64,000 nucleotides of DNA from Spirochaetales bacterium (GCA_029098225.1 JAQXNX010000032.1:256005-320004), one strand, 5' to 3'. Counted from the stretch's first letter, positions 30,457 to 40,772 are shown. Numbers and translations: made by a program. The notes: generated by a model not told the origin, from the letters alone.

Positions 30457-30482
30457 GTCACCCTGAACTTGATTCAGGGTCT
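30457..30482. repeat. REP-like palindrome overlapping the stop codon of the hydrolase gene
   Basis: GTCACCCTGAACTTGATTCAGGGTCT; ACCCTGAA/TTCAGGGT stem. Confidence 0.65.
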
Positions 30483-32654
30483 CCTTACAAAGCCTATATC
30501 GTCAACCTCTACGATTCCCTTTTCGTAAGGGAAGCGTATTTCTATTTTCTCAACATGGCTAAAATCAAATTCATTATTTTGTGTAAAATCCTCTTTGCCC
30601 ACAAAGACTGTCGTAAACTGATGCTTATAATCATAATGCTTAGAGAGCACATCAACCTTATATAGCTGAACTGCAAAAGGCGGATAAAGCTTTCTCAATT
30701 CAGAGGCAGTTTTTCTCATTCCGTTTACATCATAAAAAACTACTTCATAATTCATAAAGGAAGTATTTTTTGAATCATCATTTTTATCTGCCAGCTTAAA
30801 GGTAAAATACTTATCTGTAAAATCAAAATCCTTCAACTCAATTTCAAGGCAGGTATTTTTCTTTTTATTGTTTTCCCAGTTAAAACCAAGGCTGTAATTT
30901 TCTGATGGACCGTATTCTCCTGTTTCCCGAATATTTTCATACCAGCAATTTGCATTTTGAACCTGTAAGTTTATATCTGGATTTTCCGTTTTACCAAGCT
31001 GACAGTTTCCGTCAAAATCAAAAAGATATTCAAAGCCACTGTCATCATAAGTCTGTTCATAAGCTGTTGCTGGCAGAGCAGCCACGTATTCCTCAACATC
31101 AGAAAATAGCGATTTGTAAGTCTGCTCCCCTTTAAGGGTAAGGTCAAGAAAAGTCTTTACAAAGCTGCACAAAATCTTTCTCTGGTCTTCCCCGCTGATA
31201 AAATCCTTTACATCAAAATACCAGCTGATCGGAGCCGGCAAATCATAGAGCCCCCAGAGAGTATTAAACTGCCCGTGATTTGCACCATAAACATAAAGTG
31301 AAGATTTAAAAGAATCCGTCTTGCCGGAAAATTTAATATTGTTATACTGCTTTTCGCCCTCCATAGAACGAACATCCTGATCATTACTTCCATGAATTAA
31401 AAGATAATTTACGTCTTCAAGAAGCACTGCTTTATTTGCCGGCTTATACTGATCCACTGTCGGTGAAATTGCAATCAGGCCCTTTATATTAAAGTCATAG
31501 CCCAGCATTGTGTTTCCGTTATCCACAAGCCTTTCCGACTTATTAAAATACTGGGCAGTAGCAATTGCCTCGCCACCCCGCGAATGTCCGGCCAGAACAA
31601 TATTTTCCATATCAAATCTATGGTATAAAGGACTTTCCTTCCATGCATTCTCTTCTTTTATTTTTTTGATATTTTCAAGCAGGAGGATTGCACGCCCGTC
31701 ATTTTCGCCCCACAAGTCATTACAGCACTGCTCGTCGACAGAAACCATAGCATAACCCCATGAAGCAAGAAATTCTCCAAGATATTCATAACCAAGATAT
31801 GATTTTACAGGATACTCATGATTTCCATGAATTATAAAAATCACAGGAGCCTTCTCAGTATTTTTAGGAAGCCAGATTTTTCCTGCTATTGGAACTTCGG
31901 TTAAATCATATTTAAAAAAGAATTTTTTAATCTTGCCATCAAAACCATTTCTATTCGCATAACCAGAAATATCAGCGCTCGCAGTTGCGATATCAGAATC
32001 CTTGTAACCGTAAGTCAGTGTCTCAACTTCATAACTTCCCTTTGTGACTGATTTTTCAAAACCTTCAGGAGCCGCTGGGAGCTCCCCCTGCATTTCAAAA
32101 TATTTTTTAACGTTCCCCCGTGCAAAGCCTTTACAAACTATAAAGAAGATTCCGCCTGCCAGCACAAGGCAGGTTACAGGCGTAACAATCCAGAATAAGA
32201 GACTGCGCCCTTTTTTTATAAAGAAGGAATAAAGGCAGCACCCGAAAAAATCAAGACTAAGCAGAAAAATGATTACTCCCAAAACAAAGCCTGTACCACC
32301 ACGTGGGGTACAACTTACAATCAGAGAATAATTAATTATAAAAATAATTTGTGCAGGATAAGTTTTCTTAAAAACAACTTTAAAAAGCAGATTTATAAGA
32401 CAAATTAACAGAGGAATAAGAAGAAGTGCTGCTAAAAAAAGCCAGATATAGGAAATAAACTTAAAATTTTCTCTAAGCCCAAAAGTGAGGTATATTGCGC
32501 ACACAATTCCCAAAGCAATTACAGCCCCACTTTTTCCTGAATGAAGAAATTTTATACCAGGAGAGCACTTTGATTTTATAAATGCAGCCAGTTTTTTTAC
32601 AAAACACCAGATTTTTGAATTCGCAATCTTTTTTAAAAATTTTATATTTTTCAT
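30474..32654 (-). CDS. membrane-anchored alpha/beta hydrolase
   Basis: Several N-terminal TM helices, IIHGNH, GHSRGG nucleophile elbow, HGSNDQDV, GANHGQFN, beta-rich C-terminal domain. Confidence 0.85.
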   Translation of the reverse strand: MKNIKFLKKIANSKIWCFVKKLAAFIKSKCSPGIKFLHSGKSGAVIALGIVCAIYLTFGLRENFKFISYIWLFLAALLLIPLLICLINLLFKVVFKKTYPAQIIFIINYSLIVSCTPRGGTGFVLGVIIFLLSLDFFGCCLYSFFIKKGRSLLFWIVTPVTCLVLAGGIFFIVCKGFARGNVKKYFEMQGELPAAPEGFEKSVTKGSYEVETLTYGYKDSDIATASADISGYANRNGFDGKIKKFFFKYDLTEVPIAGKIWLPKNTEKAPVIFIIHGNHEYPVKSYLGYEYLGEFLASWGYAMVSVDEQCCNDLWGENDGRAILLLENIKKIKEENAWKESPLYHRFDMENIVLAGHSRGGEAIATAQYFNKSERLVDNGNTMLGYDFNIKGLIAISPTVDQYKPANKAVLLEDVNYLLIHGSNDQDVRSMEGEKQYNNIKFSGKTDSFKSSLYVYGANHGQFNTLWGLYDLPAPISWYFDVKDFISGEDQRKILCSFVKTFLDLTLKGEQTYKSLFSDVEEYVAALPATAYEQTYDDSGFEYLFDFDGNCQLGKTENPDINLQVQNANCWYENIRETGEYGPSENYSLGFNWENNKKKNTCLEIELKDFDFTDKYFTFKLADKNDDSKNTSFMNYEVVFYDVNGMRKTASELRKLYPPFAVQLYKVDVLSKHYDYKHQFTTVFVGKEDFTQNNEFDFSHVEKIEIRFPYEKGIVEVDDIGFVRRP

Positions 32655-32699
32655 GCCTTTATTATCATGAAAAGTATAATATATGTCTAGAAAAGAAAA

Positions 32700-34094
32700 T
32701 TAAAATATAAGCGTAAATACTGCTCCGTGCGGCTCAACATTACCGGCACTTATTTCTATCTTCAATGCTTCTGCAAGAGTTTTTGCAATTGCAAGGCCAA
32801 GTCCATTTCCACCATTAGTACGTGAATGAGCTTCATCAGCTCTATAAAATCTTTCAAAAACATGAGGCAAAGCTTCTTCTGAAATTCCAGGTCCATCATC
32901 ACTTTCTTCAATAATAACATGACCATGATCTTTCATAACCGACAGCTTTACCTTACATTTTTCTCCGGCAAATTTTACACTATTACTAACAAGCACTGTA
33001 AGAATTTGATGAAGCATTTCCGGATCCGTATGCAAACAAAGCTTTGACTTGCAATTAATCTCAAATTTTACCTCTGGCGCCACAGACATAAACTCATCAG
33101 AAATCCTCTCAAAAAGTTCCAGAACATCAACCTCATAAAACTGTGGCTTAACACGCCCGCTTTCTATCCGAGAAATTTTCAACAGATTTTCAATAATCGC
33201 ATGCATAGAATTTGCTTCGCTTTTTATGGCTTTCAGAGATTTTTCCAACTGCTGGGGATTATCCTTACCCCAGCGCAACAACAATCCTGCCTGCCCCGAA
33301 ATCACCGTAAGCGGCGTATTTAATTCATGCGAAACATCACTTGAAAACTGGCGTTCCCTGTCAAAATCCGCTTTAATCCGCATAAATAAATCATTAAAAG
33401 TTGAAGACAGTTCATCTATTTCATCTCCAAAACCTGTAAGCGGAAGCTGCCCGTCAAGATTTTCTGTTGTCATTGCTTTTGCAGTTTTCGTAATTTTTAC
33501 AACCGGGTGAATCGTATTCTTTGTAATAAACAGACTAACAAAAAAAGAAATTAAAAGAATTGGCAGTGCCATCACTAAAAGAGCAATCGGTAACTTTAAA
33601 ACAATTTTAGCAAAAGAATCGTTTTCCATATTCATTGCAACTGCAACAACAAGTTTTTGTGAATTATTATTCCAGACATTTTTTATATCATGGGTTTCCG
33701 CATAATAAAAAATATCAAGATCGCCATCCAGAAAAAAATTCTTTTCAAAATAATGTACTGCTTTACCACCACTATCCTCAAGAAGAGGAAGAAAAGGATC
33801 ATTTGTAGCAAGTATATTTTCATTTTCCTGATTGTAAACAATATAAGTCAGATAATATGGAATTTCTCGTATCTGAAAAACATCTCTATCTTCTAAATTG
33901 TTCTGGTTGTACAGCTGCTCAATAATTATAAAAACTTCATTTTCTGCTTTTTTAAGTTCTTTAGTCTGATTTGCTTTTACAAGAGAACGAACAAAAAATA
34001 ATAGGAGCACAGAAAGAAGAATTATAGAGGTTGTAAGTATAAACATAAAGCGAAGTGAAAGTCTGACCGAAAACGAGCTTTTTATTCTGTTCAT
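32700..34094 (-). CDS. sensor histidine kinase (TM-TM-HAMP-HisKA-HATPase)
   Basis: DEIDELSSTFN, SDVSHELNTPL, NSVKF, DDGPGI, FYRAD, GNGLGLAI. Confidence 0.95.
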   Translation of the reverse strand: MNRIKSSFSVRLSLRFMFILTTSIILLSVLLLFFVRSLVKANQTKELKKAENEVFIIIEQLYNQNNLEDRDVFQIREIPYYLTYIVYNQENENILATNDPFLPLLEDSGGKAVHYFEKNFFLDGDLDIFYYAETHDIKNVWNNNSQKLVVAVAMNMENDSFAKIVLKLPIALLVMALPILLISFFVSLFITKNTIHPVVKITKTAKAMTTENLDGQLPLTGFGDEIDELSSTFNDLFMRIKADFDRERQFSSDVSHELNTPLTVISGQAGLLLRWGKDNPQQLEKSLKAIKSEANSMHAIIENLLKISRIESGRVKPQFYEVDVLELFERISDEFMSVAPEVKFEINCKSKLCLHTDPEMLHQILTVLVSNSVKFAGEKCKVKLSVMKDHGHVIIEESDDGPGISEEALPHVFERFYRADEAHSRTNGGNGLGLAIAKTLAEALKIEISAGNVEPHGAVFTLIF

Positions 34095-34098
34095 TTCT

Positions 34099-34794
34099 TT
34101 AACCCATCATATAGCCGGCACCGCGAACTGTTTTTATGTATTCATCTTTTGTATACTCCGAAATCTTAGAGCGCAGATAACCGACATAAACATCTATAGT
34201 ATTTTCATCAATATAATGATTTTTACCCCATATTTCATCTATAATCTGCTGGCGTGAATGAACCTTTCCCTGATTTTCCATCAGCAGTTTTAGAAGAAGA
34301 AATTCTGTTTTAGACAGCTGAACTTCAACGAGTTCATCTCCTTCAGCACTCCTATCATTTTTAATCGAAAAACTCATACGGTCATGATTGAGAGTCAGAT
34401 TTTTGATTGAAACAGGTATCGCTTTTTCCTTTACATAATTCAATCTGCGAAAAATTGCATTTATGCGTGCAAGCAGCTCTTCAATTTCAAAAGGTTTTGA
34501 AATATAATCATCTGCTCCAAGATTTAATCCAGTTATTTTATCTATAGTTTCTCCTCTTGCAGTTTCAATAATTACAGGAACCGTAGATATAGCCCGTATA
34601 CGACGAAGCACTTCCAGACCATTTAATTCTGGAAGCATTATATCCAGCAGAATAAGATCAGGATTTTCAACTTTGAATTTTTCCAGGGCTTCATGTCCAG
34701 AAACAGCAAGAGTGGTTGTATAACCTTCATAATTAAGCTCTGATATAACAAAATCAGAAATTCCAGCATCATCTTCAACTATAAGAATCTTCAT
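34099..34794 (-). CDS. OmpR/PhoB-family response regulator
   Basis: ILIVEDD, LLDIMLP, GADDYISKPF, IDVYVGYLRSKI, TVRGAGY. Confidence 0.96.
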   Translation of the reverse strand: MKILIVEDDAGISDFVISELNYEGYTTTLAVSGHEALEKFKVENPDLILLDIMLPELNGLEVLRRIRAISTVPVIIETARGETIDKITGLNLGADDYISKPFEIEELLARINAIFRRLNYVKEKAIPVSIKNLTLNHDRMSFSIKNDRSAEGDELVEVQLSKTEFLLLKLLMENQGKVHSRQQIIDEIWGKNHYIDENTIDVYVGYLRSKISEYTKDEYIKTVRGAGYMMG

Positions 34795-34797
34795 ACT

Positions 34798-35259
34798 TTA
34801 CCTCGTCACTTCTATCTGCATCTGCATTGGCTCAATTACAGAGCCATCAAAAGAACTGATATTCTGCATTTTTATTTTAAAAGAATTATTTTGAACAGGA
34901 ATGATGATTCTAATCATATCTCCCCTTTTATTAAAATCAAATCTTGTATCAGCAGGAAGAGGAATATCATTTATAAAAAAGGAATCAAAATGCAATGAAC
35001 GAGGATTGATGCTTTGATTAAAAAAAATCATAATGCTTACAAATTCCTCATTCACCCGCTCACAGTTTATTTTATTTACTTCCAAAGGAAGATTATTTTT
35101 ATATGTACGTTTACCTCTATAATTGATTATATTATCAGGATCTTTTGGAGGATGAGGAAATCCATCTTGTCTTGGAACCGCCCAGGAATTAGCGCAAAAA
35201 ACAAGCATTAATATAGAGAAAAAGAAAAAATGAATAAAACTTTTCTTCCAACTATTCAT
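34798..35259 (-). CDS. small secreted hypothetical protein
   Basis: Signal-peptide-like MNSWKKSFIHFFFFSILMLVFCANSWA; ends 3 nt before the response regulator; start uncertain (ORF track 35307). Confidence 0.6.
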   Translation of the reverse strand: MNSWKKSFIHFFFFSILMLVFCANSWAVPRQDGFPHPPKDPDNIINYRGKRTYKNNLPLEVNKINCERVNEEFVSIMIFFNQSINPRSLHFDSFFINDIPLPADTRFDFNKRGDMIRIIIPVQNNSFKIKMQNISSFDGSVIEPMQMQIEVTR

Positions 35260-35312
35260 AAGTGAATTATACGTCATAATCAGAAAAAATGTATGAGATT
35301 TCCCCAAGTTTT

Positions 35313-35342
35313 TTCTAAGAAAATTCTTAGAATAGTCTTAAG
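35313..35342. promoter_or_regulatory. candidate response-regulator operator
   Basis: TTCTAAGAA-aa-TTCTTAGAA palindrome; also three related heptamers at 11-bp period (35313, 35324, 35335). Confidence 0.4.
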
Positions 35343-35480
35343 CCCTTTTCAAGATTTCCAGAATAATTAGCATTATATTTTTTTCAGAGCAGTTAAAGTG
35401 CAGCTGATAAAGGCCTGTCAATGCACAAAAAAACTGCAACTTCCATAAAAATATAATAGGATTTAAGGAGATTTATAATT

Positions 35481-37499
35481 ATGAATAATAAGAAAAATTA
35501 CTTTTCATTAATAAGTGCACTACTTGTTTTTGCAAGCTGTTCTAACGGAAAGATTGCTTATGCAGAAAGCAGAAATATAGAAAACTCTTCAAACTATATT
35601 AGTGCAATTAAAGCATTTCCGAATGCCGTTATAACAGAAGACTTATATGAAAACTTTGCAGCAGAAGGTACAGTATCCATTAAGTTTTCCGGCAACAGCT
35701 TTACCAGCAGCTTTGAAGGAGCTGCCAGTGAAAATGAAATCTCTATTAAGAAGGTTGAAAATTCAGAAAAAGATGAAACTTCTTCCGGCGTAGAGATTCA
35801 ATATAAAGGAAGCGCAAAAATCAAATATGTTCTTTCCGGAAGCTACACAGGCACAGTTTTCATTAAAAACAAAAAGGCTGATGCTGCTGTCGTTCTTAAT
35901 AATGTAAATCTTACAAGTGCAGACGGTTCCGGCCCTGTTCTCCGTTTCAGTGCAGAAGATACAAGAACCTTTATCGTAGTTCCTGCAGGCACCACAAACA
36001 CCCTTACAGACACCCGCCTTTTGAACCAGAGCAACACAATGTATGATGATAAAAAAGGCTCAGTTTATGCCAAAGGTACTCTGATTTTTACAGGAGAAAC
36101 TTCTACCAAAGCCGGCGGAACTCTGAACATTGTAAACACAGGCTACAAGCACGCAGTTTACAGCAAAGACTACATAAGAATTGCAAACCTTAATCTTAAT
36201 GTAACTGTTGAAGGCAAAACCGGCCGCGACTGTATACGTGCCCTGAATGCAATTATTGTTGATGACGGAAATCTTAAGCTTGTTGGAAACGGAACTATTA
36301 CAGATGATGAAAGCGCCGGACTCAGGGTTGATGGAGAAGATGCTGATGATGACGACATGACAGTTGAATACACAGCAGGAGCCGGCTTTATCATTATCAA
36401 TGGCGGAAACATAAACATCACTACTGTTGCTAAAGGAATTACTGCTCACTGGAAATCTGCAAACACTGTGATTGGAAATTCAAAATACACAGCAACAGCA
36501 AATAAATCGCTTTTGTGCAGCAGCTATCTTAAGGGAACTAGCGCAACAAAGCCTAATCCTTTTGTAGAAATAAACGGCGGAACAATTAATGTTGTTACTA
36601 CAGGTCAGCCTTATGAAGGACGCAGCGACTCAGACCCAAGCTGTTCACCGGAAGGAATTGAAGCAAAAGCCGATCTTACAATTAATGCCGGAACGATTAC
36701 TCTTAATACAACAGATGATGCAATTAATGCCGGCGGAAACATTGTTATAAACGGCGGTGCAATTTATGCCTGCAGTTCCCTTAATGATGGAATTGATTCA
36801 AATGGAAGCGCTGGAATTGTAATCAATGATGGAGTTGTAGTCGCCCTGGGTGGAAACGGAGGCGAATGTGCCTTTGACTGTGACAATGCGCCTCTTACAA
36901 TAAACGGCGGTTATGTTCTTGGACTTGGAGGCGGAAACTACACTGCTCCAAAAGGCGGAAAACAGACAACACTCGTTCTGGGCAGCAGCAGCACCGGTTC
37001 AGCCAACACAAGCTTTGCAATAGTAGATTCAAAAAATAATCCGGTCTTTGTTTACACTCTGCCGGCAGCTCAGGGAGAAGTTCTGATTCTTTCCAGCCCG
37101 GAACTTAAGACAGACACAAGCTACAGTGTAAAAACAGGCATAACTATAAAAGCAGACAGCGGAACCCATTTCCATAGCCTTTACACAAAGATGCCGTCAA
37201 TTAGTGGCGGTAAAGAAAGCCTTACAGATATTTCTACATCAAGCAACAACACAGTCTACACAGATTCAAATGCGGGCCGCGGCGGTTTTGGCGGACGAGG
37301 CGGTTTTGGTGGACGTGGCGGTTTTGGCGGCGTCCGTGGAGACAATGGCAACTTTGGTAAAAGAGAAGCTTTAGATGATCAGGAAGAATTTGATAATCGT
37401 GGCGGTAATTTTGACAGAGATTCTGGAAGAATACATGATGATAACTTTAACGGGGAGCATAGAAACAAAGACAACTTCAGGGAAGGTTTTAGAAATTAA
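35481..37499 (+). CDS. carbohydrate-binding beta-helix lipoprotein, Cthe_2159/DUF4353-like
   Basis: Lipobox-like VFAS-C; repeated EGIE/DAINAGG/DGIDSNG, INGGxI rungs; FDCD; Gly-rich GGFGGR tail. Confidence 0.8.
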   Translation: MNNKKNYFSLISALLVFASCSNGKIAYAESRNIENSSNYISAIKAFPNAVITEDLYENFAAEGTVSIKFSGNSFTSSFEGAASENEISIKKVENSEKDETSSGVEIQYKGSAKIKYVLSGSYTGTVFIKNKKADAAVVLNNVNLTSADGSGPVLRFSAEDTRTFIVVPAGTTNTLTDTRLLNQSNTMYDDKKGSVYAKGTLIFTGETSTKAGGTLNIVNTGYKHAVYSKDYIRIANLNLNVTVEGKTGRDCIRALNAIIVDDGNLKLVGNGTITDDESAGLRVDGEDADDDDMTVEYTAGAGFIIINGGNINITTVAKGITAHWKSANTVIGNSKYTATANKSLLCSSYLKGTSATKPNPFVEINGGTINVVTTGQPYEGRSDSDPSCSPEGIEAKADLTINAGTITLNTTDDAINAGGNIVINGGAIYACSSLNDGIDSNGSAGIVINDGVVVALGGNGGECAFDCDNAPLTINGGYVLGLGGGNYTAPKGGKQTTLVLGSSSTGSANTSFAIVDSKNNPVFVYTLPAAQGEVLILSSPELKTDTSYSVKTGITIKADSGTHFHSLYTKMPSISGGKESLTDISTSSNNTVYTDSNAGRGGFGGRGGFGGRGGFGGVRGDNGNFGKREALDDQEEFDNRGGNFDRDSGRIHDDNFNGEHRNKDNFREGFRN

Positions 37500-37591
37500 G
37501 TTCAAAAAATAATTTCTTATATTATTGGGGCTTTTATCCTATTGAGAATATATTTTAATAAAAGTAAAATAATTAAAATATATTCTCAAGG

Positions 37592-39103
37592 ATGGCTTTT
37601 ATGGATTTAATGAAATTACAGAACGGAAGCGATGTCCGTGGTGTAGCTATAGAAGGTGTGGAAGGAGAAAATGTAAATCTTACTCCACAAATTGCAAAAC
37701 AAATTGGCTGTGCTTATGTAAGCTGGCTTGCAAAAAAGCTAGATGTTGATGCAACAGCTCTTCGACTGGGAGTTGGACGCGACTCGCGGGTTACAGGACC
37801 AGCTCTGGCAGATGCTTTGATTGAAGGAATGGTAAGTGCCGGTGCAACTGTAATTGACTGCGGTATGGCAACAACTCCGGCAATGTTTATGTCTATTGTT
37901 TTCCCGGAAACAAACTTTAATGGATCTGCAATGATTACAGCAAGCCATCTACCTTTCAACCGAAATGGAATTAAATTCTTTGATAACGATGGTGGTCTTG
38001 AGCATGAAGATATTACAGAAATACTTAATCTTGCAGGAATGCTTAATCCTGCAAAAGTAAATGTCTTTGCCGAAAAACTGGATCTTCTATCTATTTATGC
38101 TGATTATCTCCGAGGAAAAATTGCTGATGGGCTTTCTTCTCTTGGAAAAGGCGACAAGCCGTTAAGCGGGCTTCACATTGTAGTAGACAGTGGAAACGGT
38201 GCTTCGGGATTTTTTGTTGATAAAATTTTACAACCACTCGGTGCTGACACTTCAGGAAGTCAGTTCCTTGAACCTGATGGAATGTTCCCGAACCATATTC
38301 CAAACCCGGAAAACAAACAGGCAATGGAAGCTATAAGAAGCGCTGTACTTAACAACAAGGCAGACCTCGGTTTGATTTTTGATACAGACGTTGACCGCAT
38401 GTCAGCAGTTCTCAGTGATGGCAGCGAAATCAACCGCGACTCAATCATCGCTATGATTGCAGCAATTCTTGCTCCTGAATATCCTGGTTCTACAATTATT
38501 ACAGACAGTGTTACTTCAGACCGTCTTACATACTTCCTTCAGGACGTGCTTGGCCTTAAGCATCTGTGCTACATGCGAGGTTACAAAAATGTAATCAACA
38601 AGCAGAAGGAATTAAATGCTAAAGGAATCGTTGCGCCACTTGCTATGGAAACTTCTGGTCACGGAGCTTTGAAGGATAACTACTTCCTTGATGACGGAGC
38701 CTTCCTTGCAGTTAAGCTGGTAATAGCTTTGGCTCAGGCTGCAGTACAAGGCAAAAAACTCGACAGTCTTATCGAAAAACTTCCTCCTCTAGTTGAAGAA
38801 GGAGAATACCGATTTAAGATTAATGAAGAAAATTTTAAGGATTATGGAAAACGAATCCTTGCAGAATTTAAACGCAGGGCAATAGAAGCAGATTATGAAA
38901 TGCCTGAATCTTATGAAGGTGTTCGAATCAGCTTTAAAGGTGAAGACGTTCAGGGCTGGATGCTTTTGAGACTTTCGCTCCATGATCCTGTAATGCCGCT
39001 GAATATTGAAGGCGCCCGAAAAGGTGATCTTGCTAAACTCGTAGAAATTGCACGCAAGCTTACAGACGGCTTTGATGGTTTGGACAGAAGTTGTTTAAAA
39101 TAG
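37592..39103 (+). CDS. phosphomannomutase/phosphoglucomutase
   Basis: QNGSDVRG, ITASHLP, FDTDVDR, METSGH. Confidence 0.92.
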   Translation: MAFMDLMKLQNGSDVRGVAIEGVEGENVNLTPQIAKQIGCAYVSWLAKKLDVDATALRLGVGRDSRVTGPALADALIEGMVSAGATVIDCGMATTPAMFMSIVFPETNFNGSAMITASHLPFNRNGIKFFDNDGGLEHEDITEILNLAGMLNPAKVNVFAEKLDLLSIYADYLRGKIADGLSSLGKGDKPLSGLHIVVDSGNGASGFFVDKILQPLGADTSGSQFLEPDGMFPNHIPNPENKQAMEAIRSAVLNNKADLGLIFDTDVDRMSAVLSDGSEINRDSIIAMIAAILAPEYPGSTIITDSVTSDRLTYFLQDVLGLKHLCYMRGYKNVINKQKELNAKGIVAPLAMETSGHGALKDNYFLDDGAFLAVKLVIALAQAAVQGKKLDSLIEKLPPLVEEGEYRFKINEENFKDYGKRILAEFKRRAIEADYEMPESYEGVRISFKGEDVQGWMLLRLSLHDPVMPLNIEGARKGDLAKLVEIARKLTDGFDGLDRSCLK

Positions 39104-39112
39104 AGGATTAAA

Positions 39113-39805
39113 ATGGAAGCTTACAAAAAAGAATTTATTGATTTTATGGTCAAATGCGGAGTACTTAAATTCGGATCATTTACACTCAAGAGCGGCCGCC
39201 AGTCTCCATTTTTCATGAATGCCGGAGCTTATGTGACCGGCGGGCAGCTTGCACAGCTTGGAAAATATTATGCTCAGGCAATTCACGACAACTTTGGTGA
39301 TGACATTGATGTTTTCTTTGGACCGGCCTATAAAGGAATTCCTCTGGCAGTCGTAACTGCGGTTGCATACAGCGAGCTTTTCGGAAAAGAAATTAAATAC
39401 TGCTGCGACCGCAAGGAAGAAAAAGATCACGGTGCAGATAAAGGTGCAATTCTTGGTTATAAAATCCAGGATGGAGACCGGGTTGTGATTATCGAAGACG
39501 TAACAACTAGCGGAAAATCTATTGAAGAAGTTTATCCGAAAATCAAGGCGCTGGAGACTACTCCGGGTGCAATCAAGATTGTTGGTGAGATTGTAAGTCT
39601 TAACCGCGAGGAGCGCGCTGGTGATTCAGAAAAATCTGCACTTGAAGTAATTACAGAAAAATACGGCTTCCCGGCAAAGTCTATTGTTTCTATGAGTGAA
39701 GTCTTAGATGCCCTTTATACAAATGGCGATAAGAAAGTTATTACTGATGAGATTAAAACTCAGCTGGATGCATATTATAAGCAATGGGGATGCAGCAAGA
39801 AATAA
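39113..39805 (+). CDS. pyrE: orotate phosphoribosyltransferase
   Basis: FTLKSGRQSPFF, GPAYKGIP, DRKEEKDHG, IIEDVTTSG. Confidence 0.96.
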   Translation: MEAYKKEFIDFMVKCGVLKFGSFTLKSGRQSPFFMNAGAYVTGGQLAQLGKYYAQAIHDNFGDDIDVFFGPAYKGIPLAVVTAVAYSELFGKEIKYCCDRKEEKDHGADKGAILGYKIQDGDRVVIIEDVTTSGKSIEEVYPKIKALETTPGAIKIVGEIVSLNREERAGDSEKSALEVITEKYGFPAKSIVSMSEVLDALYTNGDKKVITDEIKTQLDAYYKQWGCSKK

Positions 39806-39896
39806 TTATTAATAAAATAATTCTTCTTACTGCTGGCAATTTTTGCTTTGCAAAAATTGCCTAAAACATGTTTTAGTATTTTACAAAAGTATTGAT

Positions 39897-40772
39897 ATGA
39901 AAAAAGATAAAATATTTTCTATAATTACAATTGCCTGTTTCTGTACAATTATTCTTATTCCAATCGGGCTTGCTCTTATGTGGTTTACAACAAACTGGAA
40001 AAAGAAACCCAAAATTATTTTTAGCTGCACCTTATTTCCGTTTTATATAGCACTTGTAATTTTTCTTCTGCTTCTTGAACCTTCCTATAATACAAGTGGA
40101 ATCGGCTTACCTTTCAGTTATTCAAAAGGATACACAGCATTCGATTCTACCGGCGGAAAACAGGCAGAAAATAAATCCAAAAAGGACAGTAAATCAAAAA
40201 AGAATGGAAAAGATTCTAAATTCGATTCCGAAGAAGCTCAATTAAAAGCAGAGCTTGGAATTGAAGAACCAAAGGAAGAACGTTTACCAAAAAGCTTAAA
40301 AAAACAAAATGGAAAAAAAGCATCCCGAAGCTGGATTCCAATTTTATTTTTTCTGGCTATAATTGCTTTTATTATTATTCAGAATTTGCGAAATAGAAAT
40401 AAAAAAGGTGGATACGAAAATCCATACGTTGATACTAATCAGTACAAGCTTCCGTTTACAGAAGATACAAAAATGCCGATGGTTCACTTTTTGGGCCTGC
40501 ATTTAAATAACGGTGAAAGGATTCTGTACGCAACAGAAACGAATCAGAAAGACAATGAAGGAAACTTTGTAGTAACTAACCAGCGAGTTCTTTTTTATTC
40601 AAAAGAAGGTGATTACGAATTTCCTCTTAATGTTCTTAGCGCAATTTCATCTGTTTCAAATACTGTAATGCTTCTTACTTCCGGAGAAAGAAAATACTAC
40701 ATTTTTGTTCCGGAAAACCAAATGAAATATGCTCTGGCAGTTGTGCGCTGGGCTTATTCAAAAGCATCATAA
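39897..40772 (+). CDS. hypothetical membrane protein with PH-like C-terminal domain
   Basis: Three TM segments, Lys-rich linker, GNFVVTNQRVLF (bacterial PH-like); start re-called to ATG 39897. Confidence 0.65.
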   Translation: MKKDKIFSIITIACFCTIILIPIGLALMWFTTNWKKKPKIIFSCTLFPFYIALVIFLLLLEPSYNTSGIGLPFSYSKGYTAFDSTGGKQAENKSKKDSKSKKNGKDSKFDSEEAQLKAELGIEEPKEERLPKSLKKQNGKKASRSWIPILFFLAIIAFIIIQNLRNRNKKGGYENPYVDTNQYKLPFTEDTKMPMVHFLGLHLNNGERILYATETNQKDNEGNFVVTNQRVLFYSKEGDYEFPLNVLSAISSVSNTVMLLTSGERKYYIFVPENQMKYALAVVRWAYSKAS

